A stretch of 64,000 nucleotides of DNA, taken from positions 64,001 to 128,000 of the forward strand of contig CAWJQQ010000009.1 of NCBI GenBank assembly GCA_963845065.1. Direction: 5' to 3'. This stretch comes from Nitrospirota bacterium. GTDB lineage: Bacteria > Nitrospirota > UBA9217. The translations under genes were made by a program, and so were the position numbers. Position 1 is the stretch's first letter. The number at the start of each line of letters is the position of its first letter. Below the pieces are notes generated by a model that was not told where the DNA came from, did no database searches, and saw only the letters and a list, made by a program, of their open reading frames with translations. Shown one piece after another: positions 52,626 to 61,464 of the stretch.

Positions 52626-53485
52626 AATACGCCTTTTATCTTGGCTGCGCAACGCCAGTCAAGGCACTGAAATACGAAATATCTACCAGGAATCTTGCCA
52701 AGAATCTCGGCATAGAACTAGTTGATGTTTCTGGCTTCGGTTGCTGTGGTTTTCCGGTGAAGTCCATGGATTCATTTGCCGCGCTTCTCATGGCTGCCCG
52801 GAATCTTGCTTTGGCGGAAGATCTAGGTATGGACATTATTGGCCTTTGCACAGGATGTATGGCGGTTTTATCAGAAGCGAAGGAATGCCTGGAAGACGAG
52901 AAATTGAAAGACAAGGTCAATATGAAGTTAAAATATCTTGGGATTAAGAAATATTCGGGCAAGGTACGGGTGAAACACTTCGCCCGATTCTTATACGAGG
53001 ACTACGGGATTGACTCGGTGAGAAATAAGGTAACTACCTCGTTGGAGTCGTTTCGATTCGGCGTTCATTATGGCTGTCACTATGCGAAACCGGCACATGC
53101 GCATGGTTATTTCGACAATCCTTCAAATCCGGTAACGCTCGATGAACTAATACAGTGTACTGGAGCAAAGACGATAGAATACCAGAACAAAAACCTTTGT
53201 TGCGGCCTTACGGTAATGGGAGCCGCCGAAGATATCAGTTTCAGGTTAGCTTCCGAGAAGCTCGACTGCCTGTCAAACGAAAGAACCGACGCAATGGTTG
53301 TGGCCTGTCCGTCCTGCTGCATTGCTTATGAAAACAATCAGAAACTGGTAGGTAAAAAAATGGGGAAAGATTACAATTTGCCCGTACTCTATTTTACCCA
53401 GATCCTCGGTCGTGCAATGGGGATTTCAGAAGAAAACCTAGGATTTGAGTTTAATAGAATTAAGTGTCATTTAGCATGCCCTTGA
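52622..53485 (+). CDS. hdrB: Heterodisulfide reductase subunit B-like
   Basis: YLGC, GCCG, CTGC, HYGCH, LCCG and ACPSC CCG-domain motifs; ATGA overlap with hdrC. Confidence 0.9.
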   Translation: MKYAFYLGCATPVKALKYEISTRNLAKNLGIELVDVSGFGCCGFPVKSMDSFAALLMAARNLALAEDLGMDIIGLCTGCMAVLSEAKECLEDEKLKDKVNMKLKYLGIKKYSGKVRVKHFARFLYEDYGIDSVRNKVTTSLESFRFGVHYGCHYAKPAHAHGYFDNPSNPVTLDELIQCTGAKTIEYQNKNLCCGLTVMGAAEDISFRLASEKLDCLSNERTDAMVVACPSCCIAYENNQKLVGKKMGKDYNLPVLYFTQILGRAMGISEENLGFEFNRIKCHLACP

Positions 53486-53681
53486 TGTTCAGTTACAATA
53501 AACCACCTGCATTGTGCAAGACGATTAATGGCGCCTTTTTAAGTTGGAACACCTGTTTTTTCAGCGTGAAAAAAAACAGTCAGAATTCGATGAGGTTCAT
53601 AAAACGGCGAAGAATATGGTTCGGAACTCGGTTCGAGTACTCCGCGGCGGACTCAACGATTAAATATGGAGGAAACTTGAT

Positions 53682-55097
53682 ATGGCTGTGAAGCTGACTA
53701 TTATTGGTGCAGGCCCCGGGGGCTACGTTGCCGCAATTCGTGCGGCTCAGATGGGCGCTCTGGTGACGATCGTGGAGAACGCGGAAGTTGGAGGAACGTG
53801 CCTGAACTGGGGTTGCATCCCCACCAAGACAATCATTGCCTCGGCTGAAGCGCTGCAACAGATTCGATCCGCATCTGATTTCGGAATTGACGTGCCAGGA
53901 GAAGCCGTTTACAACCTTGCGAAAATCCGCGAACGCAAAGACAAGGTCGTTTCTACGCAGGTGAAGGGGATACGCGCCCTGTTCAAGAGCTGGAGCGTGA
54001 ACCTGATCGAGGGCCGCGGATCGCTGCTCTCACCTGATGTGGTACTCGTCGTCAAAAAGGACGGCACGACCATGCATATTAAATCGGATAGGATTATCAT
54101 CGCTACTGGCTCCCGTCCCGCAAAACTGCCGGGTTTTCCTTTTGACGGCGATACGGTCATTACCAGTGATGATGCGGTCCTGCTCAAAAAAATTCCGAAA
54201 AGCCTGTTGATTATCGGTGCAGGAGTGATTGGTTCCGAATTCGCCTTCATCTACCGGGCCTTCGGCGCCGTGGTGACTATAGCCGAAATAATGCCGCGCG
54301 CGCTCTCCGCCGAGGATGAGGATATGACGGATATTATCGAACGTGAGTTCAAAAAAAATAAGATTAGGCTTATTACCGGCGTGAAGGTTGAAAAGGTGGA
54401 ACGAGGCGACGATGGTTTGCTCGTTGCGCAATTGGACAACAGCCAGGAGATCAAGACCGAGATGATTCTTGTGTCCATAGGCCGTAGTTTAAACTCGGGT
54501 AACCTCGGTCTCGATGGCGTGGGTGTGGTCGTGGGGACGCGAGGAGAGATCGTTGTCAACGACCATATGGAAACGAATGTACAAGGAATATTTGCCATTG
54601 GTGATGTGACCGGCAAAATTATGTTGGCACATGTGGCATCTCAACAGGGGCTCGTAGCGGTGGATAATGCGCTCGGCAGACAAGAAACAATGAATTATGA
54701 TGTTGTTCCGTCTGGCATCTTCACCATGCCCGAGATCGGCAGCGTGGGACTCAGGGAAAAGCAAGCAATCGAGAAGGGGATCAATTACAGCGTGGGTCGT
54801 TTTCCGTACCGGGCTCTGGGTAAATCACATGCAATGGGCGCGATCACCGGGATGATTAAGATCATTGTCGACGAAGGTACCGATAAAGTGCTCGGCGTTC
54901 ACATCTGCGGGGCTCATGCGACGGACATGGTACACGAAGGCGCGCTCGCAATGGAGATGGGTGCGACCGCCGAACAACTCGGTCATATGATTCATGCCCA
55001 TCCCACGCTTGCTGAGGGCCTCATGGAAGCGGCAGAGGATGTGCACAAAGCGGCAATTCACGTGCTGGGAACGAGGGTCTCATTATTAGTACGATGA
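53682..55097 (+). CDS. lpdA: Dihydrolipoyl dehydrogenase
   Basis: GAGPGGYVAAIRAAQ, GGTCLNWGCIPTK, MLAHVA, HAHPTLAE. Confidence 0.93.
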   Translation: MAVKLTIIGAGPGGYVAAIRAAQMGALVTIVENAEVGGTCLNWGCIPTKTIIASAEALQQIRSASDFGIDVPGEAVYNLAKIRERKDKVVSTQVKGIRALFKSWSVNLIEGRGSLLSPDVVLVVKKDGTTMHIKSDRIIIATGSRPAKLPGFPFDGDTVITSDDAVLLKKIPKSLLIIGAGVIGSEFAFIYRAFGAVVTIAEIMPRALSAEDEDMTDIIEREFKKNKIRLITGVKVEKVERGDDGLLVAQLDNSQEIKTEMILVSIGRSLNSGNLGLDGVGVVVGTRGEIVVNDHMETNVQGIFAIGDVTGKIMLAHVASQQGLVAVDNALGRQETMNYDVVPSGIFTMPEIGSVGLREKQAIEKGINYSVGRFPYRALGKSHAMGAITGMIKIIVDEGTDKVLGVHICGAHATDMVHEGALAMEMGATAEQLGHMIHAHPTLAEGLMEAAEDVHKAAIHVLGTRVSLLVR

Positions 55098-55145
55098 AGG
55101 GTGACGCTGGCAGTTATGAAGTGACACTAATCAGTTTTATCTTAC

Positions 55146-56222
55146 ACGCCGTAAGACCCCGGCCGTGAGGCCGGGGATATAAGGCGCTTGTAGCGAAGCA
55201 CACAAAAAATTGCTGCTCCTGATCAGACATTGACAAAAGTTCACCTGCCTGATATAACTGCTTTCATGTCTGATTCAGCCCAAGATCCCTCTGTACAAAC
55301 CATGACTGTCGTTGGTAAAGCATTGGTAACGGACGACAGCACAGCTCTGTCGCTCGGGCTGCTTGGTTTTTCCGCAACGAAACTTTGGAACACCGCGGTA
55401 TGGCATACCAGGAACGTCTGGATGGCCACGGGGAAAATACTCACCTACCCCGAGCTCGATGTCGCTCTTAAACAAGAGCATCCGCTCTGGTATCGCCGGC
55501 TGCACTCCCAGAGCTCTCAGGCAATCCTGGAAGAGCTTCGGCAGTCCTATCAATCATGGTTTGCACTCCGTAAGAAAGGCGATAGGAAATCCAGTCCCCC
55601 TGGTTTCAGGCGAAAAGCCGATCTGTCAACAGTGACGTTCAAACAAAGCGCCGTAACATGGAACGCCCGTACATCGACGGTGCGCCTCAGTATCCCGAAG
55701 GACATCTACGGCAAACAATTTCTCTTTCTGAAGCTCCGCCTTCCTAACGGCACACGTCTTACCGAGGACAATGTCCAGATAGGCCGTCTGGTACATGATA
55801 AAGGCATGTGGTTTGTCCACCTGGTCTATAAGATAACGCTCCCCGTATTGAAAGGAGAAGGGGAAACGATGGAAGCCGATCTTGGTATGATGATATGGCT
55901 GCCACGGCATGCACGGATGGAAGCACCTCCATTTAGCCAGGCGGTGAGTTGGCCGCTCTTGAGCGGTACTTTGAAATGCAAAAGTCAAAGACGACCAACA
56001 GCAAGTCCCGGAAATCAGGTGCGTTGAACCAGAAACGATCTCGTCAGCGTTCCCACCTGCTCCACAGCTTTACCAAATCTCTTGTCCGCGATGCAGAGGC
56101 TCGCGGTGTCTCCACGATCATCGTGGGGGACCTGAAGGACATCAGAGAAGGCAAAGACTGGGGAAAGAGCGGAAACCAGCAGTTCCATAAATGGCCGTTT
56201 GACCGGATCGTCAGGATGCTTA
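55146..56222 (+). mobile_element. tnpB: IS605/IS1341-type remnant: left end, promoter and broken tnpB (start 55266), 3'-truncated
   Basis: Hairpin ccccggcc-gtga-ggccgggg (55157-55176); TTGACA-17-TATAAC at 55230-55258; KLWN, LHSQSSQ, PPGFRR, ADLG, IVGDL; frameshift near 55890 and a TAG; no zinc finger or right end. Confidence 0.88.
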
Positions 56223-56256
56223 CGTCATTCCGCTCGAACGCCTAGTTCGGCATTTG

Positions 56257-57195
56257 CTACTGCGTCACTTCAGGATTGAAAATGCCCCTGTAAAGTGCAA
56301 TAACTTCCGGGGAGACCTCCAACAATCTCATCTTCTTGTCCTTCCAGTCCTTATCGCACCACTGACCTGTCTTAATGTAGTGCTCAGAACTACTTCCGCT
56401 GGCGAGTATTTCTTCTCCGACGTAGGCGAACTCCTCAACGCCCCTTTCAGCCGACTGGTATCTTTCTACATATTGCATATTCTTCCAGCTCCCATCCTGA
56501 GGCACATCCCGTAACCCTCGATAATTGTACAACTGATGCCATACGACATATTTAATCCTATTGCTCGCGAGCGAATCAGGTTTTTTGTCATTCGTCGTGT
56601 CAGCACGGACTATGCCATTTGGAGACGGTATGCCATATCGTGGGTCTAAATACCATCGCGCAACCGCCTCGTAACACGAACGGCTGTCAATCCCTTGGTG
56701 AACTTGGAGTATGTGCAGGAATTCGTGAATCAACAAATTTGTCTTGAAGCGTTGTATGAATACAGGATCCTCCGGCTTCATTCCCCGTTGTTCGTAAATT
56801 TTCATGAACGGTGATTGAAGCACAGTGTTGTCCCAGTCCGGACTGACTCCAATGTAGCCTTTTGCAGGATACGACTTCGCGGTGTTTGCCGAGGAATCCA
56901 ATATTATCGGCACTGATGTCAGAAAGGACCTTAGTGATGGGTCGAACAGCTCAAGCGCACTCTTCAAAACGCCGTCGTTTCGTTCTCGCGAGATTGGTAT
57001 TGCCGCTCTATTGAGAAACCATCTGGGCAAAAAAGAGAAGACGGGAATCTCAGCAATTCGCCGGCTAATCCCATAAGAGCCAAGCCCAGCGATAACGTGA
57101 TTATTCAGGTACATGTTTGCGAGTGTCCCAAAACCAAGAAGCAACAACACAACCGAGACAGCATTTCTTATACCGTGGGACTTAGTTGTCCTCAT
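56257..57195 (-). CDS. Membrane-anchored hypothetical protein with HExxH zinc-peptidase-like motif
   Basis: N-terminal TM helix, LIHEFLHILQ, later EEFAY. Confidence 0.7.
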   Translation of the reverse strand: MRTTKSHGIRNAVSVVLLLLGFGTLANMYLNNHVIAGLGSYGISRRIAEIPVFSFLPRWFLNRAAIPISRERNDGVLKSALELFDPSLRSFLTSVPIILDSSANTAKSYPAKGYIGVSPDWDNTVLQSPFMKIYEQRGMKPEDPVFIQRFKTNLLIHEFLHILQVHQGIDSRSCYEAVARWYLDPRYGIPSPNGIVRADTTNDKKPDSLASNRIKYVVWHQLYNYRGLRDVPQDGSWKNMQYVERYQSAERGVEEFAYVGEEILASGSSSEHYIKTGQWCDKDWKDKKMRLLEVSPEVIALYRGIFNPEVTQ

Positions 57196-57552
57196 GTCTA
57201 TCCTTCCGCCAATGACAAAGAGAGATATCACGTTACAGACTTCTGAGCTCATATCGGATGCTTGCTCCGACATAGGTGCTTATGATTAAAAAGGCATATG
57301 ACGAAACAGCCTTTCCAGCAACAAATTATTGAGTAGATCTTTTACTTGAACAGCGCAAAAAGGGTGCATAGTTAGGTAGTTTTCTTAGTCAGTTGATTAT
57401 TAGTGCTATATTATGCAAGAATATATGCCTGATTCGCGGTTCTGTCAACGAAATCGAATAGTATTTATATCGGCTGGAGTAACGAATACAGAGTGAAAAA
57501 TGCACCGCTGTTCATATTATTAGAAGTGCAGAATTCAGGATGTAGGCCGCTA

Positions 57553-57975
57553 CTATTTCAAATCTTCAATCCACAGCAAATATTTGCCAAGTGGCGTACT
57601 CTTCAGCGCATTATAGAACTTTTTGTCTGCAGTGACCAGACGGCACTCTTGAGTCTGTGCAACAGAGAGGTATAGACTATCATAGAAAGATCGTTCGTAA
57701 CGTTCTGCTATTGTCCAAGTAACATCGAGGATCATTTCGGATGAAATAATAATAATAGGTATCCGTCTAAAATCGAAAAGAATTTTTGTAGCGGAATCTG
57801 CATCGATTTCCTTAGCCCTCCATTTTTTCCATAGGACATTTCCGAATTCTGCAAAAATGAGATCCGGGGCTAAGAGTTCAGCTTCCTTATTGAGCAATCG
57901 CAACGCTTCGCGCGAATGAACCTCTGGCAGAAACCATTTGATGGATGCGCTAGCATCGACGACATATTGCCTCAA
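57553..57975 (-). CDS. vapC: VapC/PIN toxin (FitB-like)
   Basis: YVVDASASIKW, AEFGNVLWK, FYDSLYL, LVTAD. Confidence 0.9.
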   Translation of the reverse strand: MRQYVVDASASIKWFLPEVHSREALRLLNKEAELLAPDLIFAEFGNVLWKKWRAKEIDADSATKILFDFRRIPIIIISSEMILDVTWTIAERYERSFYDSLYLSVAQTQECRLVTADKKFYNALKSTPLGKYLLWIEDLK

Positions 57976-58202
57976 CGGTCTCGGTCCTCTCTAACCAGGG
58001 AGGAACTATCGCTAAACTTTCTGCCCGCCAGACATTTTTGCCAGCCTCTAGCTACGTTAGAAGCTTCTGCCATTGATAATTTTGCTGCGTTTTGCAAAAT
58101 TAATTTTACCTCTCCCTGCAGTGAACGATTATGCTGCTTAGCTCTCATCTTGAGACGCTCGATTGTCTCCTTTTCTAAATCGCGAACGAGTAATTGTGCC
58201 AT
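57972..58202 (-). CDS. FitA-like ribbon-helix-helix antitoxin
   Basis: MAQLLVRDL...LKMRAKQHNRSLQGEVKLIL...REDRDR; overlaps the toxin start. Confidence 0.88.
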   Translation of the reverse strand: MAQLLVRDLEKETIERLKMRAKQHNRSLQGEVKLILQNAAKLSMAEASNVARGWQKCLAGRKFSDSSSLVREDRDR

Positions 58203-58228
58203 ACTGATCTCCTTATCGATAATGCTGA

Positions 58229-58247
58229 TGATAGCATAATGATAGCA
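58229..58247. promoter_or_regulatory. Putative FitA-type operator half-sites
   Basis: Two TGATAGCA copies at 11 bp period (TGCTATCA on the coding strand) just upstream of the antitoxin gene. Confidence 0.6.
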
Positions 58248-58554
58248 TAATGTAAAGATATTTTATGCTGAGTCCTCTAATCGCGATATTTGTCGCGAAT
58301 ATAGGTTTTCTCTTATACGATGTTAATAATATCGAATAGGTCTTTTATAGGAAGATGTTGAAGAATTTAGGTTCAAATACTATGAGTTTCAAAGAGTGGT
58401 AATCACAAGAACTTCAGGATCAAGTAAGCCGCTCCGCGGCAGAGAAGCATAACCCGCTTCCTTCTCCCACCTTCGCCTCGTTTGATATTTTCTGCGTGGT
58501 TTCCGTGCTACCATATTTCTCCATTGCAGTTCAATCTCATTTTACAAGGAGAGT

Positions 58555-58770
58555 ATGGTCATCACGACGAGTTCTGTAGATGTCATTCTGTACGCGAAGT
58601 GGATAGCAAACCCCACATACACCGTAACCTATTACAGCCCCTTCTGTAACAGCGGTAGTGCCCCTATCGACTCAACCAATTATGAGCAGGGTCAACCTGT
58701 CACAGTACTCGGTAATACAGGCAATCTCGTTGAAGTTGGGAATCCCTTCGCAGACTGGGTAACGCGGAGT
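58555..58770 (+). pseudogene. Fragment of a Listeria/Bacteroides (InlB B-type) repeat surface protein
   Basis: DVILYAKW..TYTVTY...GSAPIDSTNY..G..VTVLGNTGNL....FADW. Confidence 0.7.
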
Positions 58771-58842
58771 CAGTCGTTGTTGTCGAGCACCAGTCTAAAG
58801 CACCAGTTAGTCATTCGATTGTGATTTAATTTCCATATATTG

Positions 58843-59871
58843 TTACTTCAATCCGAAGAGCGTCTGAGCGTTCTTATACGCAATTTTTTCCGCTGTCTCA
58901 CGACGAAGCTGGGAAAGTAATTCGCGGAAGCGATCGATGCGTTCGACATAAAAATCCAGCGCTGGCGTATGTGCCGCATCAGTGCCGAGAAGGAAACGAT
59001 CGGGGAATTCCTCGTAAAGGGAAATCATCTCGGGAAAAAGCTTTCCCGATCCATCCTCGATGAGGTGAATCCATGGTGTTCTTTTCGGCCAGTAGCGTCC
59101 ATAGCCGCCCTGCCGAGTGGCGGTCATACCACCCAAATCACACATCAGATTAGGATAGTGAGTCAAAAATTCACGGATTTGTCCGGCGCTACTGCGTCCG
59201 CAGTTATGAGCCCAGATGAACTTGGTCCCGCGTTCGGTGTCTAGAAGATGCGCCATCTCCTTCACTTTGTCTGGCTCGGCCTCAAGATGGATCAGTACCG
59301 GAACATTATATTTGGAGGCAACTTCGGCGATACGATGCATGAGGTAGCTGTCCACAGGAAGATCGACATCATCACCCCCTTGTTTTCCGAAATTCGAGTA
59401 AGCATAATGTCTTAGGATGAATTCGCCTAAGCCAAAGAATTGACCAGATTGCAGCTTTCTTTCTGTTTGCTGGAGAAAGTCATCCCCAACCCGAGTGTGA
59501 CCTTCCCATACACGTCGATTTCGAACACCGAGGTCACCACGTTGCCCAGCCACGAAGGGAATGAAACGACCGGGAAACCTCCGCGCAAATTCAAGAGCCT
59601 GCTCATCGCTTCCATTGCCCCCCGCTCTGACTCCCTCGTAGTAGCGGGCCATGAGGACCATGCTTTTGACTCCGGCTGCATCCATAAGCTGAATCAAGCG
59701 TTCGGCAGTCATGTCGCGATTCAAATGCCCATGAGCATCAATAATAGGCAAAATATTAGAATTGACTGGATTGTCAGCCGCTTCTGATCCGACCGCATTC
59801 AGAACGCAGAAGCAACCAACACCTAGAATCATTGCAAGAGTACGAAACCCCATGGACGGCACCCTGCTCAT
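58843..59871 (-). CDS. Amidohydrolase_2 family protein, probably exported
   Basis: Signal-like N-terminus; IIDAHGH, GLGE, LIHLE, WAH, LLGTD. Confidence 0.85.
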   Translation of the reverse strand: MSRVPSMGFRTLAMILGVGCFCVLNAVGSEAADNPVNSNILPIIDAHGHLNRDMTAERLIQLMDAAGVKSMVLMARYYEGVRAGGNGSDEQALEFARRFPGRFIPFVAGQRGDLGVRNRRVWEGHTRVGDDFLQQTERKLQSGQFFGLGEFILRHYAYSNFGKQGGDDVDLPVDSYLMHRIAEVASKYNVPVLIHLEAEPDKVKEMAHLLDTERGTKFIWAHNCGRSSAGQIREFLTHYPNLMCDLGGMTATRQGGYGRYWPKRTPWIHLIEDGSGKLFPEMISLYEEFPDRFLLGTDAAHTPALDFYVERIDRFRELLSQLRRETAEKIAYKNAQTLFGLK

Positions 59872-60042
59872 CAGTCTAATAAGTTATGAAAAGTATTTTT
59901 TACTTCTTCGTAATATATCAGAAACGACGAAATATTGTGACCTACTTCCCTAAGTATAATCCCATCTTGATATTCATTCCTAAACAGGTAAGGTTGTTGA
60001 TTTCTTCATGAAACATCGACTCAGAAAGCTCCACCCGCCTAG

Positions 60043-60336
60043 CTAAACCGCTATCGCCTTAACCAGTTTCCAATCATTTGACTTGTGCGCGGCTTCCCAA
60101 AGATCGTAATTCCGCTGGAGGTTGAGCCACAGTTTCGGGGTCGTGTTAAACGCTTTGGAGAGACGAAGCGCCATGTCAGGAGTCACATCGCCGCGTTCAT
60201 TCACGATCTTCGACAGTGTCTTTCGGGACACGCCGAGGGTCCCGGCGAGCTCCGAAATCGTTAGGGATAAAGGCTCTATGTACTGCCTTTTCAAAATACC
60301 ACCCGGATGCGTGGGGATTCTCTTCCGCATTCTCAT
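60043..60336 (-). CDS. higA: HigA antitoxin
   Basis: PTHPGGIL, LGVSRKTLS, MALRLS, WLNLQ..YDL. Confidence 0.93.
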   Translation of the reverse strand: MRMRKRIPTHPGGILKRQYIEPLSLTISELAGTLGVSRKTLSKIVNERGDVTPDMALRLSKAFNTTPKLWLNLQRNYDLWEAAHKSNDWKLVKAIAV

Positions 60337-60346
60337 GTTTGCGCCT

Positions 60347-60625
60347 CTAACGATAATCTATATAGTTCACCCGGTAAGCGTTGCCTTCTTTAAATGCGAA
60401 AACAACACGCCAGTTTCCGGAAACCCTTACAGCCCAGAAGCCCTTCAGCGAGCCTTTCAATTGATGTAGGTCCGAGTCTGGATATCTCATATCTTCCACC
60501 ACGTGCGAGGCCTCAAGTCTATCTAGGATGTCCGCGAGCTTCTACGCGTGAGCGGCCTGAATTCCCTTCTTCGAACCGTCGGAAAAGAAGTCCTCAAGCC
60601 CCTTATGGATGAAGGTCTTGATCAT
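60347..60625 (-). pseudogene. higB: HigB toxin with in-frame TAG at codon 28 (missed by the ORF track)
   Basis: MIKTFIHKGLEDFF...HA*KLADILDRL...LHQLKG...WAVRVSGNWRVVFAF...YIDYR. Confidence 0.9.
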
Positions 60626-60639
60626 TCTGCTATCTATAA

Positions 60640-60658
60640 TGTAACCCTTATGGTTACA
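60640..60658. promoter_or_regulatory. Putative HigA operator palindrome
   Basis: tgtaacc-cttat-ggttaca 15 bp upstream of higB. Confidence 0.65.
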
Positions 60659-60960
60659 CATATCAAGCTGTTTTCATACGTAGTTGTGGGAAACAGCTTA
60701 GTCGGGACAATTGAGTACCGACTCGTTTTCTGCTCAGAAAATCTTTGGATGCCATGATATTGATCGATATTTTTCAAGCTTTAAGTGCTTTAGAGAATGG
60801 CATCTTCAACGACTCCAGGGTGTACATCACACTTCAAATTACAACCGATATTATTCACCTCAATTGAAATAGGAGCTCTGTGAGAAACACCTACAATTCT
60901 GCAGTGCCCATATTGTGACAAGGTAAAGAATTCCGGTTGAAACATGCAATCGTATTGATT

Positions 60961-61368
60961 TCACAGATGAAGTGCATTTGTACCCAACCAACGGTCTAAT
61001 ATATGCTCAATATCCTTCTTGAATTGATTAATGTCTGATGCTTTGTGCAGAAAACTGTCTGCACCCGCCTTGATAGATGCCTGTTGGTCCGATTCCATAT
61101 CGGAATGCGTGACGATTACCACTGGAATACGGTTCAAACTCATATCCTCGCGTATCTTACGCAAGACCTCGATGCCGTCCATCCGGGGCATTTTCAGATC
61201 GAGCAGAATCAGCTCAGGCGAGGTCTTTCCTCCCCCTATGAGTGCGAGGCCAGCTTCTCCGCTAAAGGCGACTTCCGTTCTTAGATCCCGCCCGGTCTTA
61301 GATAGGACCAGCTTCATTAACAGGACATCGTCCTCGTTGTCGTCTATGATAAGGATTGTTGGTTGCAT
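60961..61368 (-). CDS. Single-domain response regulator
   Basis: ILIIDDNEDD, LLDLKMPRMDG, IPVVIVT; GGAG RBS. Confidence 0.9.
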   Translation of the reverse strand: MQPTILIIDDNEDDVLLMKLVLSKTGRDLRTEVAFSGEAGLALIGGGKTSPELILLDLKMPRMDGIEVLRKIREDMSLNRIPVVIVTHSDMESDQQASIKAGADSFLHKASDINQFKKDIEHILDRWLGTNALHL

Positions 61369-61464
61369 GCTAATCTCCAATGAATGAGGATTGCATAACG
61401 GGGACCGTTGGTGGTGACGAAGACATTGGCATAATGCCTTCCCGTTATTCACTTAGTCCACATT

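Noticed and set aside
22703..56222. The two tnpB remnants as halves of one split element
   Set aside because: Their overlapping RuvC-II regions differ strongly (IMVEDLKIK..SDASW vs IIVGDLKDIR..HKWPF), and the order is right end before left end
33680..60544. In-frame TAG codons (pal copy 2, BNR fragment, tnpB, higB) as pyrrolysine or stop-codon reassignment
   Set aside because: Most co-occur with frameshifts, they replace different residues, and many intact genes here end in TAG
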